Shown piece by piece: positions 12,901 through 25,017 of a DNA stretch of 64,000 nucleotides (positions are counted from its first letter, which is position 1; the number at the start of each line of letters is the position of its first letter). Under the pieces are notes generated by a model. It was not told the DNA's origin. It saw only the letters and a program-made list of their open reading frames with translations, and made no database searches. The position numbers were made by a program, and so were the translations under genes. Origin of the DNA: Fimbriosthenelais zetlandica (Eukaryota); contig OZ365112.1 in assembly GCA_977030845.1 (NCBI GenBank), forward strand, positions 19,778,001 through 19,842,000, read 5' to 3'.

Positions 12901-15900
12901 ATAATGACAGTTATGAATATTTTCCAAATAGCAATATGGATTTTTAATTGCTATGGTCAGTTCTACTACATGTAGTATATCCATTGAAGAGCACATCAAT
13001 GAATGTTCTGTTCACTTGGATCGTTGTATATATAGACATCTGCCTGTCATTCTGTAGGATGTTTGCATTATATCAATCATTGAGCCCACATCCAGTCGCA
13101 CATATATCAAAAGGCACTGCTTTCATATTGGCAAAAGTAATACATTAAACACCAGGTATTGTATGCTTTGTAAGAGTGATGAATGGTCACGTGACAGTTT
13201 AATCTGTATCTATATGAGCAGAATGAGATATTCTCCCACGCCCTCCAAAAGCTTTAGGTTCAATACATCAAACATTATAGTTTGAAAGGCGCCACATGTG
13301 ATATATGGTATCAAAACATTTCAGACAAATACATTGATTATTTCCAGCAAATTTACTGGCCGTTTGTAAGAATATTGGTTGCAACTAATGTAAGTTGTAC
13401 TTATCAAGTAGATGATATACTTCACTTTCTATTTTGATTGAAAAAAGGGAGAAAATAAAACTTCTCTTTTTTAATCGGGCGGGTTTCCAAATCTGAAGGC
13501 AGATCGATGTGTCTGCCCGCTCCTGAACTTCACAGGCCTTTCCTATACCATCCTAAGGATAAATGGCATCCAATCAAGGGCCTCCATCACCTGATCTCAG
13601 GCCCAGAGCCAAGGCTGTTGCTGCAGGTGGGGCTCACCCTCTGCCTACCTTCATAAAACTCACTTTAAAAAAATAAAAAGCCAGACTTAGGCTACACAGG
13701 AAACGCAATATCTTACTCCAGGTTAGTTGATTGTGTGGAACATTTGAAGCCTTAAATATAACTTTTAGAAAATATTATTGTGCAAATCATCATTAACAAA
13801 TGAGATTCTGGCAGCAGTGTGTCTCTGGGGTGGTTACCAACACCGATTATCTGAGCAAATACCACCTATAGATACGGATAGATTTCCCTGGAGCTTAATT
13901 TGACGGAGGATGAGCTTGTGGCAATGGCTGTATAATAGTTGTAGAAGGCCCCAGGGATGGGCCACTGTCATCAGACCTTTCACAGCCCAAAATGAGAGCC
14001 CACTTGGTGCACCTGACATTTGAAAATTTCTTGTACACAGTTGGTAATATCTTCAAAGGACACGCCCTTTGATTGTCATTTAGCCAATGAAATGGCTATT
14101 GTGCCCTCTGCAAATGTCACCCTCCATGACTTTCGAATATGTATTCAGCTAGGGTAATATATTGGTTGAGCAATAAAGGAGTGCTTAGGTCGGGAGACTG
14201 TGTATATAAGATTGATGTGGCATGGTATACCCTCATGTAGATTGTTTCTAGCTATCAACAATTGCACTTTTTTCCTGTGAACAACAGGTCTGATTAAAGG
14301 TCTGATTGGAGAGCAAGGAGTGGACAGCAAGGCAACTGATTATTTAGAATCTAAGTAAGAACTACTTATACCAAGAACCAGAAAACATAAGATGCTAACT
14401 TTCTATTTATGTTATTACCTTGACAAGTGTTCCCTTATGTCGCCTTGCATGAGTCGGGTGGAGGGGGTGGCTCGGGACCGTCGGGTGGAGGAGGTGGCTC
14501 GGGACCGTCGGGTGGAGGGGGTGGCTCGGGACCGTCGGGTGGCGGGGGTGGCTCGGGACCGTCGGGTGGAGGGGGTGACTCGCGACCGTCGGGTGGAGGG
14601 GGAGTTATATTGAGAAATAATGATGTGATGTCCTGACTAATTCTTAATTGTTCCTATCCACTTCACCATCAACTGTTGTCCATGTAAATTCAATGGAACG
14701 CTACATTCACTGCAAATGCATCCTGTAAAATTTACATTTTTATGCAATGGACCAGTTGGCTATTCAACAACAACCCCATGCTTGCAACACCCAGTACTAG
14801 CTGTTGTCGCCTATGATTTAACTTGCACTCCATCTTCGATGAAGCTTCAACCGTGGGAAGATGAATGTGAGAATTCCAACCATTCAGTTTGATATGAATA
14901 GGAAAGTTTCAGTCGATGACACTTTTTGTTTTGGGGCGGTGGTTGACGGCGGGGCGGGGGGGGGGGGGGTTGTGCAACCTTCACCTTGTTACCTTAATTT
15001 TTGTTGGATAATAATTAGACAAAACATCAGAGTCTTGCTTTCAATGGGACATGTGTAGTCAACACTACCTGGCTTTGATAGACATTGATTCCCTGGGCCT
15101 TGGTTAAGGTTTAATGCATCTGCCATTGCATCCATAGCAACACCAAATCCCATCACAATCCAGCTTCCCCATTTCTATATAGACTAGACCTTCAGCCACC
15201 CCAACTGCCCAGGACTGATTGATCAAAACGGAAGGGAACTTACCAACCAACCGAGCTTTTTATTTGTGCCTACCATATACATCCAACAGATACCCTATAT
15301 ATAATTTTCTTGTGGGTATATAATCATAATATAGAGAGACAAGCCCAGCTGGTTTCTGCAATTATGTGCCTACTGGCCAGATATGGAATGTTTTATTGAT
15401 ATATTATTGAACGGACCAAAACTTATGGATGGAAAACAGTTACCTGTTATTTCGAAGCACTGAAATAGCGGCAATAAAATCTCGTCAAGGTATTGAATAA
15501 TTCATATCCGGAAGAGATCCTTTCAATAGTAGTTACATTGTTTCAAACAATTCCTGATTCATTCTGTAATCCAATTTACCCCAGTCGACACCTGAAATGT
15601 CTTCTGAATCTATTTGAAGCATACGTTTTCTTGCAGTTTGATGCATTAGGATTCTAGAGCTGGGTTCAAATATTTATTATTTGTAATGCAGCACTGACCT
15701 GTATTTGAATTATTAACACATGTATATGGTGGTAAGGGCTATGGTGCATTGACAAGTAAGCAGTATATGGAGACCTTACTTGAGGCCTTAGGTGAAAATT
15801 TAGCATAGCATCACTCTCAATGCATGTTGGTTATACTCCTTTATACTTAAATCCCTTCCCTCCCTTTGCTGCTCAATTCATGTTTCCTTCACTAAGTGCC

Positions 15901-18767
15901 GGGATGGGAACTAAAGAGGGCCTTTTCCCCATGGTCCTCTCTTCCTATGTGTGATATATTTCTCCCCCAGCAACAGATACCATCCCAAAGGTCCGGAGAC
16001 CCCAAGCCAAGAGTAATGGAGACTCCAAGAATTGGGCCTTCCGGGAAATCTTCCCATGCCACCGAAGAGACTCAACGTGACAGGCGTCCTAAAGAAATAA
16101 TTTCCACCATTCACCTCCCCAGAGGAAATTATGTATAGACATCCTCTGTACATATATATGGTATCCATGGAAAGTGCTCCAGTACATTGCAGTCAGGCTC
16201 CTGTATTCTTCTCTAAGTTGGTGCCAAACCGATAGATCTATACATTAGACTTTTTTTTAAATAGAAAGAAACATTTTTGGTGGTGTAGTTGTTGCACAAA
16301 CAAACAAATGCCGGACCGAATTTCATAGGAAGAGGGAGCATGTCATTATGCTTTTGCAGGGTACATTTTATATTAGCCATTGAGAAGGGAGAAAGGTTAA
16401 GAGCTCCATGAACATGACAAAGGCAATGTTCCGGCCCCAGCATATAGCTTGCTTGTGATTAGCCTTGCATGTGAACGGTTCCTATTGGCTGCATGGTGGA
16501 TTTATGGCTCTTCTAGTCAGAAGGAGAGAGAATAGAGGAACATGCCCTTAATATGGGGAATAAGCATGAGCATTATTGACACTTGCTTTGCCTGGGCAAT
16601 TCTCTATTATGGCCCAGTCTCCAATACTGCAGCCTTCCACTGCATAATAGTCCACCGTGATTCATTTCCCTTCTCTGGTCAAACAAACATGGAGCAATTT
16701 CTTTTGTGGTATGGTATAAGTGCATTGCCTTTCCTCTTATTGAATAATAGATCCATTTCTCTTCAGACATGTTTTTGTTTGTCGAAGACGGGTCGATCGA
16801 AAGTGTTTAATAAAAGGGGATAGAGTTGTCTTGAAAATCTCAAGAAATACGAGACCTTGTAATATCTTAGAGTGAGAGGGTAGAATTATGGTCATCTGTC
16901 AAGGCTTTGTATCCGAAATGGTATATGGAAGTGCGCCACATGCCTTCATCTGGAAATCTATACTTTTGGGTCTTGTGATTTGAGACAATTAACAAAGTGT
17001 TACTGTATATGGCATTCATTCATCAAGACTCACTAAAAAAAATGATGTTTACCCTGAAATGTGATATATACAAGTCCTTATACGTGGTTGAGGTCTTCAC
17101 TAGATTCACATTGATTCTGTTATTCGTTTACGCTGCATTGTTAGTTTCATCGACTTATCAAGGGTGGCATGACCACTGGCTGCACCTCACAGAACCAGTG
17201 ACGTTGTACTCATGAACTCCTATGTCATTGTGTAATGTATACTTGAACCAGACATGAACCTTGACAAGTCCAGAATCTTACCGAAGACAACCTATCTGTT
17301 TGGAATGTAGCTTATACGTGGATTCATCATGGTTTAATAGGCAATGTTGACGCTGTATTTAAAGAATGTGTGGGCCTATACCTGCTAACCAGATTTTGGA
17401 TTGAAATTATGCAGTTCGAGGTTCCTATTGACAACTGTTACTAATTTACTAATTTCAGTAATATGAGTGGATTCAAATGCAAAGTATTGTGTTTTCATAC
17501 CATTCCAACGTTCTTTTGACTTGCAGTTTGGGTTTACTCATCATCTTGTGCATGGTTTACTAAATCGGACATGAGACGCATACCTCTGTACTATGGAAGA
17601 GGCAATTTGCCGCACGAGGAAGATGTAGCAGAGAGGCTAGAGCTGCACACGTTTGTACGAAATAGTGACCCAGAAACTTTGCTAATAAGGTAAGTTACGT
17701 AACAGCTTATTACAGCACCCAAACACTGTGTTCTTTTACTACAACCAAACAAGCTATAATCTGTGCAATATCAACTCATTTGTTTGTTATGTAAGTCAGA
17801 GACTAAACTAGATAGAACCCTCACTTGGATGGCCTTGCCTTTCTATGGGCTGGTATAGACTTTCGTCGGTAGCTCAATTCCATTCCAGTGCCCAACGAAA
17901 GGGTCGGCCTCGGCCAATTGAGGGTTCTATCCACTTAGTCGGGGATCTAACCCCTTAATATAGTGACCACCTTAGTGCATTATGGAGTTTAACTTACCAG
18001 GGATTGTATCACAGGTGGACCAGAGACCGCCATGTATTTGCTTCGGGACGTGTAGCACAGCCGGGATGGTGGTACCATTAATGAAAACATCCCCTCTGCC
18101 AGTATCTGTCCAACTTTCAGTCGTTCCAAGACTTCCCCCACTGCCGCCGGACTGTGGTGCCATAGTCACTGCCCTTAAAGCCACCAAGTTAGTCAAGGTG
18201 AAGTAACCATCAGGTCCAGCTGCCGCTCCGATCTGTGGGAATTCTACTGTGAAGTCTGGATCTGCCTGAACTGAAGCCAGTACTTTGACTTTGTCATAAG
18301 TAATGTTCTCCCAGTAAGGAGTTGCAAAAGCAACTACCATGAAAATTACTGCTACTACACTTCCTATAGTTGCTGAGCTATAAAAAGCCTTGAGCATACA
18401 ACAGTCCTGTGATGTTTGCTGGTCACTTCCTGATTTCTCATTCTTCTTCTCACCTCCAGATGTTGGCACAGAACTATTGTCTTGTGCGGAGGTGTCCTTT
18501 CGCTGTTCTCCATGGCGTCCGCTGTGGGAATGCAGGTCACCATTACGCCGAGTATATTGGCGAGCAGATGGGGAGAAAGAAACAGAAGGTTGTTGGATTT
18601 GAACCCTCTGGCGTTTCTTTGCTTTGTTCTTGCTAGTAAGTCTCCCAGATGTGGGTCGACTGTCAGGAGTGGATGAGGAAGTGGCAAGGGCAGTAGCAGA
18701 GGAGTTCGAGCAGATACTGGCAGCGGAGGAGGCGAGGGAACGGTGGTCAGCCCGGGAATCCAGCAGG
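6679..18767 (-). CDS. Claudin/PMP22/EMP superfamily tetraspan protein A, spliced CDS join(18397 or 18767..17998, 11767..11654, 7191..7048, 6935..6679)
   Basis: From Met 18397 the exons give 400+114+144+257 = 915 nt (304 aa), with all introns phase 1 GT-AG. TM1 SSATIGSVVAVIFMVVAFATPYW; loop signature HGGLWSTCD...PKC split across exons; TM2/TM3 ANACAIVAIITACTALGLGAF / IIFAVIAGVCFGAAGLYTLFTVTLM; TM4 VGWAMYLGWTSFLLSSASCVFW. The 5' end is uncertain (see findings). Confidence 0.88.
7048..7191 (-). CDS. Claudin-like A exon (TM2, start of TM3)
   Basis: Acceptor ttttttctgtacag|TG, donor G|GTGAGG; 144 nt; QSLSRSANACAIVAIITACTALGLGAFAAIKQQIIFAVIAGVCFGAA. Confidence 0.9.
11654..11767 (-). CDS. Claudin-like A exon carrying the second loop-1 cysteine
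   Basis: Acceptor ttttctttttcaag|AT, donor T|GTAAGT; 114 nt, phase 1-1; DDLRQQITEGQSGVLHPKCMSHLRYTTEELKNNVKLDM. Not in the ORF track. Confidence 0.85.
14453..14602. repeat. G-rich minisatellite, 27-bp unit GTCGGGTGGAGGGGGTGGCTCGGGACC, about 5.5 copies
   Basis: Tandem repeat read directly, with 1-2 substitutions in some units; lies in the intron between claudin-like A exons 17998 and 11767. Confidence 0.95.
17998..18767 (-). CDS. Claudin-like A main first coding exon (putative N-terminal tail, TM1, loop 1 with GLWxxC)
   Basis: Frame is open from 18799 to the donor G|GTAAGT at 17997. First in-frame ATG is at 18397; candidate acceptor ctaaccag|C at 18767. Confidence 0.8.
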
Positions 18768-21406
18768 CTGGTTAGGGGTTCGTCAAATATAGGGGTTCTC
18801 TAGGCTGCTGGAAGATCTCTTAAAGTGAGATGATTGTCCTCATAGTTACCTTGAAATTCAAATCAAAATTATACTTCCTCAATCTCTTCCGAAGTATGCA
18901 TGGTACTTCAATATTTCACATTTGATTGGATGTATCTGGAACATGAAATGAACAGATTATACTACGTGGAAATGAAGCAGAAAACTGAACAGAAATTCTC
19001 TAATCATTGCAACCTGTCGTCTTTTAAAAATGGATTCGACTGGCAGAGTTGACTAGCAGAACAAGAGAAATATTATGAACCATCGTAAGGGGAAAAGGGG
19101 CCTTGAAAGGTCATGTTGGTAGAAAACATGCCACAATAAATTAAGGGTGGCCGCCAAAGCGGAATTAATTCCCCCCTAAAAAGATTAATTTACGGTTTTA
19201 TCGCTGATCCATGGGCACGGGTTCTTTCAAATGAGCGAACAACTGCTGAAGCAAATCTTCCTCTTTTTGACCTTGCCGGCTCTTATAGTAATTTGCATTG
19301 AATTAAAACTTACCTCATAAGTAAATGAAGATCCTCCCCATTGTTTAACAACTTAACAAATGAGGTTACTTGAACGTTCATCTACAAATTGTCTCTACCC
19401 CAACGTCTATAATAGATAATGGAAATAGTTACATCATTACAGTAACAGGTCGCATGTTGGGTCACATGTTCTCCTTTTTTCCTTTCTCCTGCCTACCTCC
19501 ACCACTTCTTTCAGTACCTCCTCCTTTTGTAGGTATGGAATCAAGCCCTGACCAGTGACTAAATCCGACAGGAGGAGGTGGGATCTTAAGCATGAAGTAT
19601 CCGCATACAACCGCTCCATACATGATGGAATCATCTCCTAACACCCAAAGTGGCCATAATCCAAGATGAAATCCTTCAACACGTTTCAGATTATCCAAGA
19701 ATAATAAATAAGGAGCTAGTTTATGACTTCGAAATCTTTTATGAAGCTCTTTTCTATATGAACGACTCGCTGTTGCTCTGGTTGCTGCTGTTGATGTTGT
19801 GTGTAGGAAGATGGGAAACCTGGCGCTACTGGGCCACAGCCTCGACCAGCCGTTGTTGGGTTGTTGGGCTGGATGCGAGTGTTGTGTGCGGTTGTGTGGA
19901 GGGGTTGGAGTGGCTTCGGTCGATTGGAAGCCATATATGAGCAGGCCGCGCTGCAGGAATAATTTGGATTCATGGCTCTCTGCCTGTTCAAAGCTAGAAA
20001 AACCTTCTTGGTTGTCCTTCATAAAAAAAATGCAGTTAGAAAATAAATTAAGAACAATTGAAAATAGCTGAATGGATGTTAATGTTATACTACATTGCAC
20101 TTGACAGTAAATGAATGTGCCCTTGACGATGGATATTGCAAATATCCTGACGGATGTTTCCATGGCCCTTTTTCAGAAGTAATTAATGAAAGATGATGAC
20201 TTTTTTTCAGAGCAATGAAGAAATTATCCCTATTGAGTATTCATCCTTTTCATTTCGAATCTCTAAAACTTCTATTTGAATTTAAGCATGTCGCTGCAAA
20301 CTGCATAGGGCACACCTGATCATATATACAAAAACATAGCGACTTGTGCCAACAATGCAATATTTAAAGGCAGTCCCTTTAATATCGATCCCTTCGGCTG
20401 GACGTGATGGGGGATAATAATGGCCTTGTGAGAAGTCAACCCTAGACTAGATTACACCCTATATATACACTCCTGACTCCTACTTTCTAATTAAACCAAT
20501 GCTTCTAATCGAAAACCAGATCAGCATTGTGTTCAAAGATATTCTTCAGTGAGAAAAACATTGATGTTCATTTATATTTTGTTACATAAGTAATGTAAAC
20601 GAATTTCGAAATAAATGACCATAGATTGGTTTTGTACATATTATATGGCGTCGCATAAAGTGTGTTCTGGATGGCCTGACCTCGTATAGCCTACTTGCTG
20701 ATTAACCACTTCACTATTCATTAGACCCGGGGATTCTTTCATTACATCGTCACATCCTCAAAACGCCCAGAATACCCATATACCAGCTGAATCTCTTCTA
20801 TACAGGCCAATAGTTCCACACTTGGTTCATAGAGAAAGGTCCTCCTCTATGAATGCCATAACCAGGGGTTGTATGGCCATTCAAATGATCAAGCCTCGCT
20901 ATTCATCTGGTAGACCATTCATTGCAGTCTCTATACATGTATGGACCATGGGACTGGCCAATCTCTCTCATTCCCCGACTCTCTCATTTCTCCCCATTTC
21001 TATTGCATCATCTATATCTATCACCATGATCTGCTTCCTGTATCTTCTAATTTAGATTTTATAATGAAAGTTAAACGATCTGAAGATGTGACAAATAAAT
21101 AGAAAATTTGCTGTTAATATACTGCACAGAAGTCCCCAATATCAAATATCATCATGCCATAGATTCTCTGTAATTATGATGCCGTGCGATGTATAGTCCT
21201 TCTATTAAACCCTGGGGATGGAGCTTGTTGACAGGGCCATATATCTGAGGCTTGTATAGGAGCAGGAAAAGTATTGTGATCGAAAGGGCCCTCGCCTCGA
21301 GCCCTCTTATTACCCCCGAACTCACTCTCTACTATGCCCCTACCATTATATGAGACTATAGGCGGTACCAATGATTATACCGTTGTCAATCGGCGTGCCA
21401 AGAATT

Positions 21407-21855
21407 CCTTTTTGGGATGGTCCGCACCAAGACTTCATTTTTGGGATGGTCCGCACCAAGCCTTCATTTTTGGGATGATCCGCACCATGCCTTCATTTTT
21501 GGGATGGTCCTCACTATGCCTTCATTTTTGGGATGGTCCGCACCATGCCTTTATTTTTGGGATGGTCCGCACCATGCCTTCATTTTTGGGATGGTCCTCA
21601 CTATGCCTTCATTTTTGGGATGGTCCGCATCATGCCTTCATTTTTGGGATGGTCCTCACTATGCCTTCATTTTTGGGATGGTCCTCACTATGCCTTCATT
21701 TTTGGGATGGTCCTCACTATGCCTTCATTTTTTAGATGGTCCGCACCATGCCTTCATTTTTGGGATGGTCCTCACTATGCCTTCATTTTTGGCGATGGTC
21801 CGCACCATGCCTTCATTTTTGGGATGGTCGGCATCAAGCCTGCATTTTGGGGATG
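21407..21855. repeat. Minisatellite, 29-bp unit TTTTTGGGATGGTCC(GCACC/TCACT)ATGCCTTCA, about 15 copies
   Basis: Tandem repeat read directly; two main unit variants are interspersed; explains the 29-aa periodic ORFs in all three plus frames. Confidence 0.95.
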
Positions 21856-24800
21856 GCTCGCACGTTGTACATATGATTTTAAGTTAAGTTTTATTAGTTT
21901 TTGTTTCAAGAGCTACCGTGCTACTGTATGCCCAAAGGAGCTGTCGGTTGTGTGACATGTAGGTAAATTATAGGTTTCAGCTAGCAACGGACTCTTGTAA
22001 GTTGTATCACCACACCATGCCCTCTGCCTCTACCACACTCGGCCCCTTGCATTACCCTTTCCACCTTCCTAAAAACGCCGCCTTTTACCTGCTTACCCTT
22101 TTGCCTATCCAACGGAATTAGGATGTTTAACCAAATCATCAGGAAGTAATACGGTGATAAATTCAAATGGTATCAAGGTTAATTAATTCAATATAACAGA
22201 TTGAAGCAAAAATAAGTATACACCACCCTGATTAGAGCAAAAATTTCAATGTTAGACATTCATCATTGCTAGAAATTGTGGAACTATAATTTTTAGAGAA
22301 GGGGACTGCATATCCAACTGTTTGTATCAAAGTTCAATGTGATCATAGATTCAGGACAGTGACTCAGTATTATAGTTTCAATCTTCATGCACTGGAGCCC
22401 TCTATCGAAAGAGAAAGCAGGTATTCACTTCGGACTATTCCCAGACTGGAATGACTAACTTACAAGGTCCACATTAGCAACCCCATATTAGAAAAACCCA
22501 GAACTTAAGACGGATTGTCCTGAATAGAATGCAGGTTGGAAATCGGAAAATTAACCAAGGGGATTTCTGTTTGTGGGTAACTTGGACAAGCACTGGTCGT
22601 CGTAAACAGGATGGCGCGTGGGTGGAAGATGTCTCTTTACTGTAAACTATCGACTTTTGTTATGAAGAAGTTGATATGATGCATGATGATTTAGGCAATA
22701 ACATTCTTATTTTGGGAAGATATATATAGTATCTCATCCCCTCCCCAGTACCCCCACTCACCAATACCACTCCCTCCCCCAACCCCCACCACTACCCGGC
22801 TACCTGAATTCCCAAGTACTCAACACATACTCCCAATGATTTAACCACGCGTATGATTATGAAATATGCATATTGTATGTCATTGTGACCCTGACTAAAG
22901 GTGACAGGGTTGAATACTTCCCTCATCTATGTTTGCCTCACTCAAACCAGCGCCCCTATTCTGACCCTAATTAAGCAACCCCCATCAACCCCCGCCCAAA
23001 GAAATCTTTAAAAAGGAAGGGAAAGAATAGCGTTATCGTTGTAGGGCCTCCTGTCAACCAAAACGCGGAAATGATTTGTCATCTGTCGTAACAATCCACG
23101 AGGACAGTGGATCATGAAGAGATGAGTGTACTGCGTGTATGGGGTTGCCTACTGTCGCCTGGTTACATTACATCAGCAAATCTCATACTTTGTCTATGTT
23201 ATTGTTTATTCTTTCAAGTTTGTACTTGGGAAGCTGGTCTGCTCATATTTTCCGGAATGAAACCGAAGAAAAGATGGCATCTCCAACATTTACCAGCTAT
23301 TCTCTGGTGTTGTTTTATCTGTGTTATTTTTCGTCATATCATAATAATTGATTAATAAACTAGTAACTAGTATAGGCTTCTATTTGATGTAGCCCATAGT
23401 ACACCTCAAGTTTCTAATCGATGCTGACTCCATGATGTAAGAGGTTCAACCATGTGGCACCAAGCAGCTGCAGGACCTCTAACCCACTATTGGAGTAAAA
23501 TGTTGGTCACTTGTAGGAAACATTCAATAAAAAAGAGTTTTGTGATCCCTTTTCAGACAGGAAAGCTTATAAAAATTGAGAGGAATTGATTGCATGCTTA
23601 GCAATGGGCAACCAGGTCCAAACGAATTATATAGTGAGGTAATTAATCACTTTCGTTAATTTCCTGGTTACCCTTTATTTTGATGATGTTTATGATATTT
23701 ATATTAAACAGCACCTAGTGCACTCAGGATGATTCCACATTCCCTTAATTCTTCTTCCTTGATTTACGTGCATTTCGCTATCATTTTCCCTTTAAAAAAA
23801 ATAAATACAGAGGACCTTGTTAACTTTGATCAAATATCATATAAATACAGGATATATGAGTGTTTTCGATCAGATCTATATGTCCTAGAAGTTTTTTCCC
23901 AGGCTTGTACTCAGTCATACCTAAAACCAATGGCTGGAATAATGACAAACCAATGATTGAAAATGTCGCAAATAAAATCCAAAGCAACTGTTGAGACTAT
24001 ATTGGCGGTTGTTGGTCCAATGATAGTTCAGCAAATGTATTACTCCTCGTGGCTCAGTGTTCTTCCGAATATCAGAGCTATTTATGTGTGTGGATTCCAC
24101 TATCTTTCTCTCCCGACGTCTTGATATCTGTAATATATTACTAGGAATATTAGATAGAGAGATTAAGACAGAATTGCCAGCTCCTATTAGGCCTATTAGT
24201 GATCATAGGCTTGCATTAAGGAAATTGAAGCTGCTTGTTTCCATTGAGAGACTTCAGCTAAGAGGATTAATTAATCGCTAATCTATTTATTTATTCCATA
24301 GTCTATCTTCCTTTCTTTTTGAACTACAATTAGGTATAACTGCTTCGGATAGCTTGAATCAATGTTTTCTCAAAATCACTCACTTATAGACTACGTGAAC
24401 TAATTATAAGATTCACAATCACATTCACAAATATATACACGTCCATATATATACACGTATACGAAGTCCTACATTACACATTTTCGTTCCTCAACCCTGT
24501 AGCGGATTGATGTTGCCCCAACATCGTGAGGCAAAGCCGAGTGGAAAGTAGATGTTTTACCTGCTGATGCATCAATTTTTGCTCCTCTTGTCAAGGACAA
24601 ATTAAACTGAAGTCCCCTGATTGTCTTTTTGTCTGCGTTCAACTCATTAGAATTGTTAGGATGTGAAGGGAATGAATGATAATGATGATGTCCTCTGGGG
24701 ACACTTCAGAAAGATCCCATAGACCATACCTGTATAATTTTTTTTATTGAAATTCAACAGTTACATTCCTCTATTCAGAGTATATTTTCAGAACTGTACT

Positions 24801-25017
24801 GAAAGTGATGAATATTATCTATAAGCCTTGTACTATACTACTGTGTTGTTCGACATTGAAGTGCATGGACATGCGACTTAACACTTTCGCGATGGACATT
24901 GCATTAATGCATTGTCATTTTTGTCATTTTTACCAAAAATAACCCCCTAAATACAGGCTATTTCTCAAAAAGCATCGAAAGGGTTAAGAAAGGTTCGATG
25001 AGTGAATGATTCTGTGT

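Noticed and set aside
17866-17945. tRNA or tRNA-derived SINE head (GTAGCTCAAT ... GGTTCTATCC)
   Set aside because: A- and B-box matches are imperfect and no cloverleaf can be folded; at most an old SINE remnant.
21407-21855. CRISPR-like appearance and repeat-protein ORFs of the 29-bp array
   Set aside because: Units are head-to-tail with no unique spacers, the context is eukaryotic and there are no cas genes. The ORFs follow from a stop-free unit.
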